NCBI GenBank assembly: GCA_910587365.1
Contig: CAJUKJ010000007.1
Location: forward strand, 6,133-70,132
Source of the DNA: an uncultured Christensenellaceae bacterium
Lineage (GTDB): Bacteria > Bacillota > Clostridia > Christensenellales > Borkfalkiaceae
Direction of reading: 5' to 3'
Length of the DNA: 64,000 bases
Every line of letters begins with the position of its first letter. Position 1 is the first letter of the stretch. This document shows positions 8,428 through 17,507 of this stretch, one piece after another. The position numbers and the translations under genes are program-made. Under the pieces are notes generated by a model that saw only the letters and a program-made list of their open reading frames with translations, made no database searches and was not told the DNA's origin.

Positions 8428-9483
8428 TTATTTGCCCTCCTTAACTTTCTTTTCCTTTCTGTATCCGAAGGGACGGGGTCTTATGTATTTGTCTATTAAA
8501 GGTACGAACAAATTCATAAGTATAATTACGAATGACGCAACTTCCATACCCGTTAAATAACGGAGAACCGCAAGAACTAATGCGGAAACTATGAAGAAGA
8601 AAAGCTGAGCCCATACGTTTTTAGGCGAAGTAACATAGTCTGTGAACATAAACACTGCCGCGAACAGAACGCCGCCCGATAAAATATGGGGCAGGAACAG
8701 CGTCATATCGAATTTATATCCGTCTTCAAATCCGAAGCCCGACATAAACACTGCGGCAAACCCGAACACTGCTATAAACAGCAGGGGCTGCCACCATTTG
8801 ATAACGTTTCTTACGCAGAGGTAGATATAGCCTACTATAATTGCAATCTTGCAGGTTTCGCCTATACAGCCGGGGACGCCCGTACCGATAAATAAGTCAA
8901 GCGCGCTCAAAGGGCTTTCGGGGTTCTTGCCGAGAAGGTTGCCGAGATTTGTCGCACCTGTCGCAAGTGTTCCGCTATCCGCTACCGTGCCGAAATTGCA
9001 AGCAACGTAAGTCGTCAAGCTAAAGCTCAAAAACATAAACACGCGTGCCGCCGATGCGGGGTTGACAAGGTTTTTACCCGTTCCGCCGAACAGCATCTTT
9101 ACTATTGCAATAGCGAATATCGCGCCGATTATAACCTGATAAAATACGTTGTACCACTTGTCCGTTACGGGGAGAATAAGTGCGAGTATCAGACCCGTTA
9201 CGACGGAGGTAAAGTCGAATTGTTTAAGCCACCTAACGCAAACAGTTTTCGCTTCGGCACACTTTTTTGCAAAGCCCTTGTTCGCTATGAAGTAATATAC
9301 GAACTCGGTCGCAACGCAGGCAAATACCGACATAAGAATTATCAGCAACGCCTGCCATCCGAAGAAAACGCAGCCCGCAATCGCACTGGGTAAAAGCGCG
9401 ATGCTTACGTCAATCATTATGCCGCGCGTAGTGCGCCTTGATTTGACGTGAGGAGGCGTGGAAACTACTACTGTATTATCCAT
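8428..9483 (-). CDS. rnfD: Rnf complex subunit D
   Basis: 351-aa polytopic NqrB/RnfD-like protein carrying a TLATGATNLG flavinylation-type motif. Confidence 0.9.
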   Translation of the reverse strand: MDNTVVVSTPPHVKSRRTTRGIMIDVSIALLPSAIAGCVFFGWQALLIILMSVFACVATEFVYYFIANKGFAKKCAEAKTVCVRWLKQFDFTSVVTGLILALILPVTDKWYNVFYQVIIGAIFAIAIVKMLFGGTGKNLVNPASAARVFMFLSFSLTTYVACNFGTVADSGTLATGATNLGNLLGKNPESPLSALDLFIGTGVPGCIGETCKIAIIVGYIYLCVRNVIKWWQPLLFIAVFGFAAVFMSGFGFEDGYKFDMTLFLPHILSGGVLFAAVFMFTDYVTSPKNVWAQLFFFIVSALVLAVLRYLTGMEVASFVIILMNLFVPLIDKYIRPRPFGYRKEKKVKEGK

Positions 9484-9493
9484 ATTTTTTCTC

Positions 9494-10789
9494 CTATTTC
9501 TTATTGCGAAGGGCAGCCTTCGTCTTTCTTATTGCTTGTATCAAAGGACGCTTAGCGGGGCAGATATATTCGCACGCACCGCATTCTATGCAAGCCATCG
9601 TCTGACCGTACTGCGCCGCCGCGTCAAAGTCGTTTGCCGCCGCATAGAACGCAGTATTCATAGGCATAAGGTGCATAGGGCATACGTCCGCACACTTTCC
9701 GCAGTTTACGCAGGGTGTGGGTTCCTCGGCTGCCGCTTCCTTTTCAGTCATCAACAAAATACCGGATGTGGTCTTGTGTGTGTAGTTGTCGTAGTTTGCA
9801 AGTGCGACGCCCGTCATAGGCCCGCCCTGGACTACTTTCTTAGGCGTAACGCTTTCGCCGCCGCAATAATCGATTATCGACCGGACGGGAGTGCCTACCC
9901 TGACCCAAAGATTTTTGGGATTTTGAACGGCCTTGCCCGAAACGGTTAGAACGCGTTCGTAAAGGGGCTTGCCCAATTCAACCGCTTCGCATACCGCGTA
10001 GCAGGTTGCAACGTTCTGCACCACGACGCCGACGTCAGCGGGAAGCTTGCCGATACCGACCTTTCTGCCCGTGGTCACGTAAATAAGCTGCTTTTCGCCG
10101 CCCATAGGGTACTGCTTTTTGAGTATTACGGGCTGTATATCGTCGTACTTTTCAAAAACAGCAATACAGTCGGGCTTGTTTGCCTCGATGCCTATAATAA
10201 TTTTTTCAACGCCCAACGCCTTGGCAACGTACCTTGCACCGCGCGCAATCTCGTCCGCTTTTTCAAGCATAAGACGGTGGTCGCAGGTAAGATAGGGTTC
10301 GCACTCCGCGCCGTTTAAAATCAACGTGTCAACGGGTGTTTTGGGCGCAACCTTAACGGCGGTAGGGAAACCCGCTCCGCCCAGACCTACAATGCCTGCA
10401 TCCTTAATCCTTGCCTTAATCTCGTCTGCCGAAGGGTCGGTAAGAGGGGGCAAATAGCTTTTTTCCCCGCTTGCGTCGGATTTGATAACGATAAACGTTT
10501 CATCCGTTCCGTTTGCACCGTTTTCGGTTTTAATTTCCGTAACCGTACCGCAAATGCTTGCAAACACGTCGGAAGAAATTAATCCCTCGGCTCTTGCAAT
10601 TAACTCGCCTTCCTTGACGGTCTGACCTGCTGAAACAACCGGGGTTGCGGGTCTGCCAAGCGATTGCGACGTGGAAATTGCCACGGTTTCAGGCATCGGC
10701 AATACTTCAAGGGCTGCGTCTTTTGCGATATTTTTCATATCGTGGGGATGAACGCCGCCGAAGTAGTATTTTCCTTTTACTGCTTTCAA
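9494..10789 (-). CDS. rnfC: Rnf complex subunit C
   Basis: GLGGAGFPT NADH/FMN-binding motif and two C-terminal CxxCxxCxxxCP clusters. TTG start codon with an AAGGAG RBS upstream. Confidence 0.9.
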   Translation of the reverse strand: MKAVKGKYYFGGVHPHDMKNIAKDAALEVLPMPETVAISTSQSLGRPATPVVSAGQTVKEGELIARAEGLISSDVFASICGTVTEIKTENGANGTDETFIVIKSDASGEKSYLPPLTDPSADEIKARIKDAGIVGLGGAGFPTAVKVAPKTPVDTLILNGAECEPYLTCDHRLMLEKADEIARGARYVAKALGVEKIIIGIEANKPDCIAVFEKYDDIQPVILKKQYPMGGEKQLIYVTTGRKVGIGKLPADVGVVVQNVATCYAVCEAVELGKPLYERVLTVSGKAVQNPKNLWVRVGTPVRSIIDYCGGESVTPKKVVQGGPMTGVALANYDNYTHKTTSGILLMTEKEAAAEEPTPCVNCGKCADVCPMHLMPMNTAFYAAANDFDAAAQYGQTMACIECGACEYICPAKRPLIQAIRKTKAALRNKK

Positions 10790-10856
10790 CTTTTTTCGCT
10801 CCTTTTAATAGTTTTCTTATTTAATTTCAGCCCAAAGGAAAACCTTTGCGCATAAT

Positions 10857-11390
10857 TTATTTTCTGATTATTGCTTTTTCGAAAACGCTTTTAGGCACTT
10901 TCTTGAAAATTAACATTATAACTCCGCCAACCACTGCGCCCGAAAGTATTCCAAGCAGCACGAAGTAGGGCAGGTTAAAAAACATATTTAACGTGTTGGT
11001 CATAAGCACGAAAACGCACACCTGCGTTACGTTATGCGCTACGGCGGCGCATACGCTTACCGCCATTACCGAAATTTTCGGGTAAGCGGTGTACATAAGA
11101 AGGGATGAAACCGCCATTGAAATTATACCGCCCGAAAAGCTGTATAATACGGCGGAAAGGTTGCCCGCGAAAATCGCGCCAAGACCCGTTCTTATAGCAA
11201 CTATCGCAAACGCCTCCAACGGGGAAAACATTATAAGCGCGGCAAATGAAAATATATTCGCAAGACCCATTTTCGCCCCCGGGAAAAACAGAGGGGGAAA
11301 CTGATTTTCGATTATAAAAGTTATTAAACTAAGCGCGGTAAATATTGCAAGCGTTGCAATTTTTTTTGCGGTCGGTTTGCCGTTTTTCAT
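10857..11390 (-). CDS. Gx transporter family membrane protein (heptaprenyl diphosphate synthase component I-like)
   Basis: 177-aa polytopic protein. The N-terminal ...IENQFPPLFFPGAKMGLANI... pattern is recalled from this family. It lies directly upstream of rnfC on the same strand. Confidence 0.6.
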   Translation of the reverse strand: MKNGKPTAKKIATLAIFTALSLITFIIENQFPPLFFPGAKMGLANIFSFAALIMFSPLEAFAIVAIRTGLGAIFAGNLSAVLYSFSGGIISMAVSSLLMYTAYPKISVMAVSVCAAVAHNVTQVCVFVLMTNTLNMFFNLPYFVLLGILSGAVVGGVIMLIFKKVPKSVFEKAIIRK

Positions 11391-11422
11391 AAAATTTTAA
11401 CCTTTTGCTGCAAACTGTTATT

Positions 11423-11451
11423 ATTATACACTATTATTAATAAATAGTAAA
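11423..11451 (-). promoter_or_regulatory. Candidate promoter for the Gx-rnf transcription unit
   Basis: On the minus strand: TTTACT (11446-11451), 17-nt spacer, TATAAT (11423-11428). Confidence 0.4.
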
Positions 11452-11509
11452 ATCTTTACCGATTGATTTTTTAAAATTTTTTTCTTTGCATTGCAAATTA
11501 AGGGTTTAC

Positions 11510-11538
11510 TTGACAAATTTAAGGGTTATTAATATAAT
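11510..11538 (+). promoter_or_regulatory. SigmaA-type promoter TTGACA-17-TATAAT
   Basis: Consensus hexamers at 11510-11515 and 11533-11538. A GGAGG RBS precedes the ATG at 11568. Confidence 0.6.
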
Positions 11539-11567
11539 AAATAGCGAAATTATTTCAGGAGGAAATT

Positions 11568-12935
11568 ATGGATTTAAAATACACGCGGAAAAATGTTTAC
11601 AAGGAAGCCGACGGCAAAGAGCTTAAAAATATTTACGACTTTGCGGAAGGTTACAAAAAATTTCTCGATAATTCCAAGACGGAGCGCGACGCCTCGCGCG
11701 AAGCGGAAAAACTCGCCCTCGAAAACGGCTTCAAGCCTTTCAGCTTCGCCGAAAAGCTTAAAGCAGGCGATAAACGGTATTTTCTCAACAGGGACAAAAA
11801 TATCTTTCTCATAAGGGTCGGCAAGGAGGACGTTTCAAAGGACGGTATACGCATAATGGTGGCGCACGTCGACTCGCCCAGACTCGATTTGAAACCCAAT
11901 CCTATGTATGAGGACGCGGGACTTTGCTATCTCAAAACCCACTATTACGGCGGTATAAAAAAATACCAGTGGACCGCGCTTCCCCTTGCGTTACACGGCG
12001 TGGTAATGCTTAAAGGCGGAAAGAAGCAGGAAATTTGCGTCGGAGAAGACGAGAACGACCCTATATTCTATATAACTGACCTGCTTCCCCATCTCGCGGG
12101 AGAGCAGAGCCAGAAAACTTTGGGTAAAGCAATTGACGGCGAAAACCTTAACGCGGTAATAGGCGCGCTTCCCGCCGTCGGCGACGATGAAGAAAAGGAG
12201 TGCGTAAAAGCTGCGGTATTAAAGCTTTTAAACAAGAAGTACGGCATAACGGAAGTCGACTTCCAATGCTCGGAGCTTTGCTTTGTTCCCGCAGGCAAGG
12301 CGCGCGACGTCGGTTTTGACGGTGCCTTGATATCCGCATACGGACACGACGACAAAGTTTGCGCATATCCCGAGATGAAAGCTATTTTCGACTGCGACTC
12401 GCCCCACACCGTGGTTGCGGTGTTTGCCGATAAAGAAGAGGTGGGAAGCGACGGAACGACGGGTATGCAGAGCAAGGTCATCTGCGACGTTATAGACACA
12501 ATAGCAAACTCATTCGGGGCAAACCCCATTGAAGTAAGATATAATTCAAAATGTATTTCGGCTGACGTAACGGCGGGCTATGACCCTGCATACGCTTCCG
12601 CTTTTGAAAAACGTAATTCAACCTTTATGTCGTGCGGTGCAGCCGTTTCCAAGTACACGGGCGCACGCGGCAAGTCCTCTACAAACGACGCTTCGGCAGA
12701 GTTTATGGGCTTCATACGCGACATATTCGACGATAACGGCGTTTATTGGCAGACGGGCGAACTCGGCGCAATAGATATAGGCGGAGGCGGAACTGTTGCC
12801 AAATATATTTCTAATCTCGGTATAGACACCGTGGACGTCGGCGTTCCCGTGCTTTCTATGCACGCCCCTTACGAACTTATTTCCAAAGCCGACGTGTATT
12901 CTCTTTACAAGGCTTGCCTTGCGTTTTGCAAATAA
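11568..12935 (+). CDS. M18-family aminopeptidase
   Basis: MVAHVDSPRLDLKPNP, GHDDKVC, DKEEVGS and SMHAP motifs, typical of aspartyl/M18 aminopeptidases. Confidence 0.8.
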   Translation: MDLKYTRKNVYKEADGKELKNIYDFAEGYKKFLDNSKTERDASREAEKLALENGFKPFSFAEKLKAGDKRYFLNRDKNIFLIRVGKEDVSKDGIRIMVAHVDSPRLDLKPNPMYEDAGLCYLKTHYYGGIKKYQWTALPLALHGVVMLKGGKKQEICVGEDENDPIFYITDLLPHLAGEQSQKTLGKAIDGENLNAVIGALPAVGDDEEKECVKAAVLKLLNKKYGITEVDFQCSELCFVPAGKARDVGFDGALISAYGHDDKVCAYPEMKAIFDCDSPHTVVAVFADKEEVGSDGTTGMQSKVICDVIDTIANSFGANPIEVRYNSKCISADVTAGYDPAYASAFEKRNSTFMSCGAAVSKYTGARGKSSTNDASAEFMGFIRDIFDDNGVYWQTGELGAIDIGGGGTVAKYISNLGIDTVDVGVPVLSMHAPYELISKADVYSLYKACLAFCK

Positions 12936-12954
12936 AATTTAAGCGAATAAACAA

Positions 12955-12994
12955 TCCCCCCGCCGTGCGACGCACGGCGGGGGGATTTTTATTT
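12955..12994. terminator. Strong GC-rich terminator
   Basis: TCCCCCCGCCGTGCG / CGCACGGCGGGGGGA stem followed by T-runs. Confidence 0.85.
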
Positions 12995-13182
12995 TGTATT
13001 TTAACGGCGCAAGCAAAACTGCGCTTTTGCGCAGCGCACTCAATTTGTGCATACTTGCACTTTAGCGGATTGAATGCCCGCAATTACATAATAAGTTTGC
13101 CCTTATGGTTGCGGGCAGAAAGGCATAGCCTTTCATATAACGAAATTTTTTCCTTGCAGAATAGACGAAAAAATTTGTGAAC

Positions 13183-14520
13183 TTATTTATTGTGCGGTAT
13201 AAAGCTGTATACGTTTTTCAAAGGCTCGCGCACGAAAGCTCTATATTTTTTGCTTGCGGACTCGAACAGTACGTAAACCCTCGTGCTTGCAGCATTACTG
13301 CTTGTGTTGGGAGTAACTACACACATACCTTCCGACATTGAGGGTATGGAGTAATCGTTTATAAGCATTTCCCCGTTGCCGTTGTCAACGTAATATACGT
13401 ATAAACTATCGTCGGTATAAGGAATCGACTGGCTGCCTACCGTCTTGACCACGCCGTCGTATTCAAAGCTGAATCTTCGGTCTTCGGCGTTTTCCGCCTT
13501 ACCCGAACCGTCTTTATGCAGTTCGTTATACTTTACCCTGTTTGTGTTAGCCGTAATTTTACTGTAATCGTAGCACAACAGGTGCGAGTTTGCAAGTCCG
13601 TAGCTCTGTGAAAGAACAAGCGTACAGGTGGTGGAGTTATAGCTCGTCCTGCCTGAAAACGCTGCCCCCTGAATTTTTTCGGGAATGGAGAATATCTTCT
13701 GTATTTTAGGAACCTTGTTTTCGTCGGTAAGATTGTCGTCGCTTAAAGTAATAAGCCCGTATTTGTTTTCCGTGTTGGAAGTTACGTTGTATTCATACAT
13801 AAACGCGTTGTTTTTATAGCCGTTCGGCGTCGTCAGTTTATGGTTTTCCGACGTCTTGTAATTGACGGGTCTGTAAAACTCGCCTACGTAAAGTCTGTCG
13901 TTGGAAACGGTGGTGTAGGTGGGGTCGTCGAAATAGTAACAAAACGACGCCCTGTTGTTTGCCTTGAACGAAGAGGTAAAGGTTATAACATTATTTGTTT
14001 CTTCCCCTTCAAGTGTAAGTCCGCCCGCTTTTTCAACTATTTCCTGCGTGATGTTTTTCTTTACTTTATTGTAAGCTTCGCTTGCCTTTGCTACGTTGAC
14101 TACGCTTTCGCCCGTTATCCAAAGGGTGTAGCCGTTTGTGGCAATTCCTCCGCAGTGACCGGTAAAATCGCTTCCGTCGGAATTTTTCAGCGTTACATAT
14201 CCTACGTATCCCGTTGACGCGCCCGTGACGTAAATGCGCGAAGCGGAGCCGTCCTTCATATACGCGCTGATAAGGAAGTACTGCTGGGTTTTATCCGTCG
14301 TCTTTCCGTCGCTGTCGGTTTCCTTATAACCTGCCGTATAGGCGGTCATACCTTGCGGGACTGCACCGTCTTTAAGACCTTCAATTTCAAACTCTTTCCT
14401 GAAATTGTTTTTAAAGTCCTTATAAGTGTCGCCGACGAACCATATCATAAGAAACACGCCTATAAATACCAATACGGTAAGTATTGCCGTCAGCGCGACT
14501 ACGGTTTTTTTATTTTTCAT
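13183..14520 (-). CDS. Membrane-anchored extracytoplasmic protein of unknown function
   Basis: Long ORF (445 aa) with one N-terminal TM helix. I recognise no family. Confidence 0.6.
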   Translation of the reverse strand: MKNKKTVVALTAILTVLVFIGVFLMIWFVGDTYKDFKNNFRKEFEIEGLKDGAVPQGMTAYTAGYKETDSDGKTTDKTQQYFLISAYMKDGSASRIYVTGASTGYVGYVTLKNSDGSDFTGHCGGIATNGYTLWITGESVVNVAKASEAYNKVKKNITQEIVEKAGGLTLEGEETNNVITFTSSFKANNRASFCYYFDDPTYTTVSNDRLYVGEFYRPVNYKTSENHKLTTPNGYKNNAFMYEYNVTSNTENKYGLITLSDDNLTDENKVPKIQKIFSIPEKIQGAAFSGRTSYNSTTCTLVLSQSYGLANSHLLCYDYSKITANTNRVKYNELHKDGSGKAENAEDRRFSFEYDGVVKTVGSQSIPYTDDSLYVYYVDNGNGEMLINDYSIPSMSEGMCVVTPNTSSNAASTRVYVLFESASKKYRAFVREPLKNVYSFIPHNK

Positions 14521-14563
14521 AATTTTTCCTCGTAAAAATTAATTACTATAATTGTACCAAGCC

Positions 14564-14615
14564 GTACAAAAAAAAGCAAACAAAAACTATCCGTTAGGAC
14601 TTTTTTGTTTGCTTT
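14564..14615 (-). terminator. Rho-independent terminator (minus strand)
   Basis: AAAAGCAAACAAAAA / TTTTTGTTTGCTTTT stem. On the minus strand it is followed by a run of eight U. Confidence 0.7.
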
Positions 14616-14975
14616 TTAACCGAATATACCCTTTATTATCAAACCGAATATAAACGTAGCCGCCGCTCCTATAAAAGCAAGCATAATGCGGAAAGCGATA
14701 TCACGCTGTTTTTGCTTTGCGCATCTTTTGTACGCAAAGCCGTTTTCTTTCAGGTTTATCACGTACATTTTTTCGCCTTTTCTTTCCGAAATAATCAAGT
14801 CGAAATAGCCGTCGCACATAAGGTCGTGTAAAATGCCGTCTATTTTTTCCGGGTTGTATTTCCGTTTTGCAGGCAGGATAGACAGAATTTCAAGCGGGGA
14901 TACAAGGCACCCGTCCGTCCCGTCGCAAAGGCTGTACACTGCGGACATTACCTCGTTTTCACTCTTTGAAAGCAT
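14616..14975 (-). CDS. Small tail-anchored protein, winged-helix-like N-domain (hypothetical)
   Basis: 119 aa: a soluble N-terminal domain plus one C-terminal TM helix. It has the same architecture as the adjacent ORF. Confidence 0.6.
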   Translation of the reverse strand: MLSKSENEVMSAVYSLCDGTDGCLVSPLEILSILPAKRKYNPEKIDGILHDLMCDGYFDLIISERKGEKMYVINLKENGFAYKRCAKQKQRDIAFRIMLAFIGAAATFIFGLIIKGIFG

Positions 14976-14976
14976 A

Positions 14977-15339
14977 TTAGATAAATGCGAATATAAGCGA
15001 AATTATTAGGCTTCCCAACGCGCTTCCCGCAAAGGCGGAGATGAACACGATATCCCATTTCCGCGTTTTTACAGGTTCGGGCGGAGGGGGTGTGGGAATA
15101 GTAACCTCTTCGGTGTACTCTTTAAGGGGTGCTACGCAGTACATATCCCCGCGCGAATATTTAAGGTCGATGTAACCGCCGCGCCTTAAAACCGTCAAAG
15201 CGCGGTCAAGTTCCTGAAAGCTTTTTTCGCTTCCTTCGGGAAAGTCCTCGTAAAATTCGTCCTCGGCAATAATTACGTACCGCCCCGCAGGGCTTAGCTT
15301 TTGTATCTTATCCAATACCGCAACGCAAATTCTGTCCAT
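14977..15339 (-). CDS. Small tail-anchored protein, architectural paralogue of the downstream ORF (hypothetical)
   Basis: 120 aa: soluble domain (..GGYIDLKYSRGDMYCV..), a PTPPPPEP linker and a C-terminal TM helix. It is spaced 1 nt from the next ORF. Confidence 0.6.
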   Translation of the reverse strand: MDRICVAVLDKIQKLSPAGRYVIIAEDEFYEDFPEGSEKSFQELDRALTVLRRGGYIDLKYSRGDMYCVAPLKEYTEEVTIPTPPPPEPVKTRKWDIVFISAFAGSALGSLIISLIFAFI

Positions 15340-15371
15340 TATAATTTAATAATGGCACACTTTTAAAAATT

Positions 15372-15677
15372 TTATTCCATCGAATAAAAAACTCCGCCTA
15401 CGAAAATGATTATTGCCGCCGCAAACACCGCGTAAGTAATTATTTTTATAATTTTAAGCTGCTTGAAATCGTTTTTTCGCTTCTGCACGTTTTCAAACGT
15501 GAGTGCGGCAAGCGTAAGAATTAACGAAGTTATCAGCGAATAAATTCCCATTACGGTAAACGAAAGCCCTAAAAACAATGCGCCCGCGGCAGTGAGCGCG
15601 ACTGCGATAAATGCGTACATTTTGCCCGTATATTTTTTGTCGTTAACTTGTTTATTTGTTTCATTATTATTGTTCAT
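15372..15677 (-). CDS. Small three-TM membrane protein (hypothetical)
   Basis: I trimmed the start to the ATG at 15677 (MNNNNETNK...). The longer tracked ORF would run 100 nt into rqcH. With this start the overlap with the rqcH stop is 11 nt. Confidence 0.55.
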   Translation of the reverse strand: MNNNNETNKQVNDKKYTGKMYAFIAVALTAAGALFLGLSFTVMGIYSLITSLILTLAALTFENVQKRKNDFKQLKIIKIITYAVFAAAIIIFVGGVFYSME

Positions 15678-17346
15678 CGTTGTTACCTGTAATTTCTGTA
15701 TGGCTTTTCGGGTCTGCCAGAATTGTTTTGTAATCGGTGTAAATGACGAAGCCCGCATTGGATTTGGGCGGTTTTTTAACAAACTTCTTTTTTGTATAGT
15801 CTACGGGGATTTTACTTCCGTGTTTTCCGTCGGAATAATAAGCGCATATTTCAGCCGCAGTCTGCAAAACCCCGTCGGGTACTTCCCGTCCGCCGCACAA
15901 AATCCCAACGTGGGAGGAGTGGTATTTTTGGGTATGCAACCAAATATCTTCGGGCGAAAGCCCCTTTGTAAGTCTTTCGTTCTGTAAATTATTTCTGCCC
16001 GCAATAATTTTAAATCCGTCATAAACGTATGTGCGGTAAGGTGTAGGCGTCGCTTTCTTCTTGCGCGACGTCGCGCGTCTTAAAATTTCAAGTCCGATAA
16101 GCTCTTCTTCGGTTTCTTCAAGGTCGCATATCTGTTCGGCGGAGCATATGTTCGTATGAATACTTTTAAGGTAGTCAAGCTTGCTTTCGGCTTCTTCAAG
16201 CTGTCCGCAGGCGGCAGTCTGCGTTCTTTTCAGCTTCGCGTACTTTTTGTAATATTTTTGCGCGTTCTGCGACGGGGTAAGGGTACGGTCGAGTTCGATT
16301 TTTATTTTTCCGCATTCGGGGTCGTAATAGTTTACCGCCTCGAAGTCCGTCATACCGCGTTCAAGTGCGTATATATTGGCTGTAACCAATTCGCCTTTTA
16401 GCTTTATATCCTCGGCACCGCGACATTCTTCAAGCTTTGCATTTATCGAAGAAAGTCTTTTTTCAATCTTTTTTATTGCCGAAGCAAGCGCGCTTTCAAG
16501 CTGTCTTTTCTTTTCGTCGAAAGTGCGTTTTTTATAAACATAGGAGTAGTATTCGCATTGCGCCTGCAAAATGCCTGAATATTCTTTTCGCCCTTCCATA
16601 ACCGAACGCACCCTGAAATCGTTGGGTTTTCCGTCAATGCAGGTTACACAGGGTTTTGCCGGGATATTGAAAATGTAATCGTAAATATTCTGCGCCGTTA
16701 TGTCATCCCCGTAAAGCATAACCATTTCAAGCGCAGTGGCGTAGGCGACGCCCTTTATCTTTTCGCAAATGAATTTCGCCTTATCGCCCGTAGCGTATTT
16801 CATAACTTCTTCAAGCCCGCTTAAATCATACGGCGCAACCTTGTCCTGCGGTTCGGGAGGAGTGTATTTTACCCCGCCGAACAAAACCCGTCTGGTATTC
16901 TCGCCAATAGAAGTGGTTTTCAGCGCACCGACGATAATTCCGTTTTCGGTTAATATCGCGTTCGAGTACTTACCCATAATTTCAAAGTAAAGCCGCATTA
17001 CCGACGATGAAAAGTCGGACGTGCATTTCAAATCGAAGTAAATTATCCTCTCGAAGTCAGGTTGCACTATATCCAGAATTTCCGCATTCTGCAAATGCTT
17101 TCTCAACAGCATACAAAAATTAGGTGCGGAAAGGGGGACGGGCTTGTCGTCGTTCGATAAACTCAGTCTTGAAGATTGCGCCGAAAGGCACGCGTCAAGT
17201 TTAATATTGCTTTTGCCGGTGTATATAATAAACGTAAGCTCGTCGCGCGAGGGCTGTATAATGCGCGATATTTTACCGCCGCATAAAAGCTCTTTAAGTT
17301 CTTTAGCTACGTATTTAATTGTAAATGCGTCTTGCGGCATAAGCAT
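15667..17346 (-). CDS. rqcH: NFACT-family ribosome quality control protein RqcH (formerly fibronectin-binding protein A-like)
   Basis: N-terminal NFACT-N pattern (FTIKYVAKELKELLCGGKISRIIQP), a central coiled coil and a C-terminal DUF814-like IWLHTQKYHSSHV. Confidence 0.85.
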   Translation of the reverse strand: MLMPQDAFTIKYVAKELKELLCGGKISRIIQPSRDELTFIIYTGKSNIKLDACLSAQSSRLSLSNDDKPVPLSAPNFCMLLRKHLQNAEILDIVQPDFERIIYFDLKCTSDFSSSVMRLYFEIMGKYSNAILTENGIIVGALKTTSIGENTRRVLFGGVKYTPPEPQDKVAPYDLSGLEEVMKYATGDKAKFICEKIKGVAYATALEMVMLYGDDITAQNIYDYIFNIPAKPCVTCIDGKPNDFRVRSVMEGRKEYSGILQAQCEYYSYVYKKRTFDEKKRQLESALASAIKKIEKRLSSINAKLEECRGAEDIKLKGELVTANIYALERGMTDFEAVNYYDPECGKIKIELDRTLTPSQNAQKYYKKYAKLKRTQTAACGQLEEAESKLDYLKSIHTNICSAEQICDLEETEEELIGLEILRRATSRKKKATPTPYRTYVYDGFKIIAGRNNLQNERLTKGLSPEDIWLHTQKYHSSHVGILCGGREVPDGVLQTAAEICAYYSDGKHGSKIPVDYTKKKFVKKPPKSNAGFVIYTDYKTILADPKSHTEITGNNDEQ

Positions 17347-17507
17347 TCCTCCGCGTCCTGTTTGCGTCTTGACAGTCAGTCAAACCTGCTTGTTCCTATT
17401 ATAAGTTAAATTTTACCAAAAGTAAATGCAAAATGCTTTTCAAAACAAAAGTATTGTGTTAAAATATTATCCAAATAAAAACTAAAAATACTTTCAGGAG
17501 ATTAATA

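Noticed and set aside
15372-15782. The full 136-aa version of the ORF overlapping the 3' end of rqcH.
   Set aside because: The first 35 codons overlap rqcH and encode a basic, non-membrane leader. The internal ATG at 15677 gives a compact membrane protein with only an 11-nt overlap.
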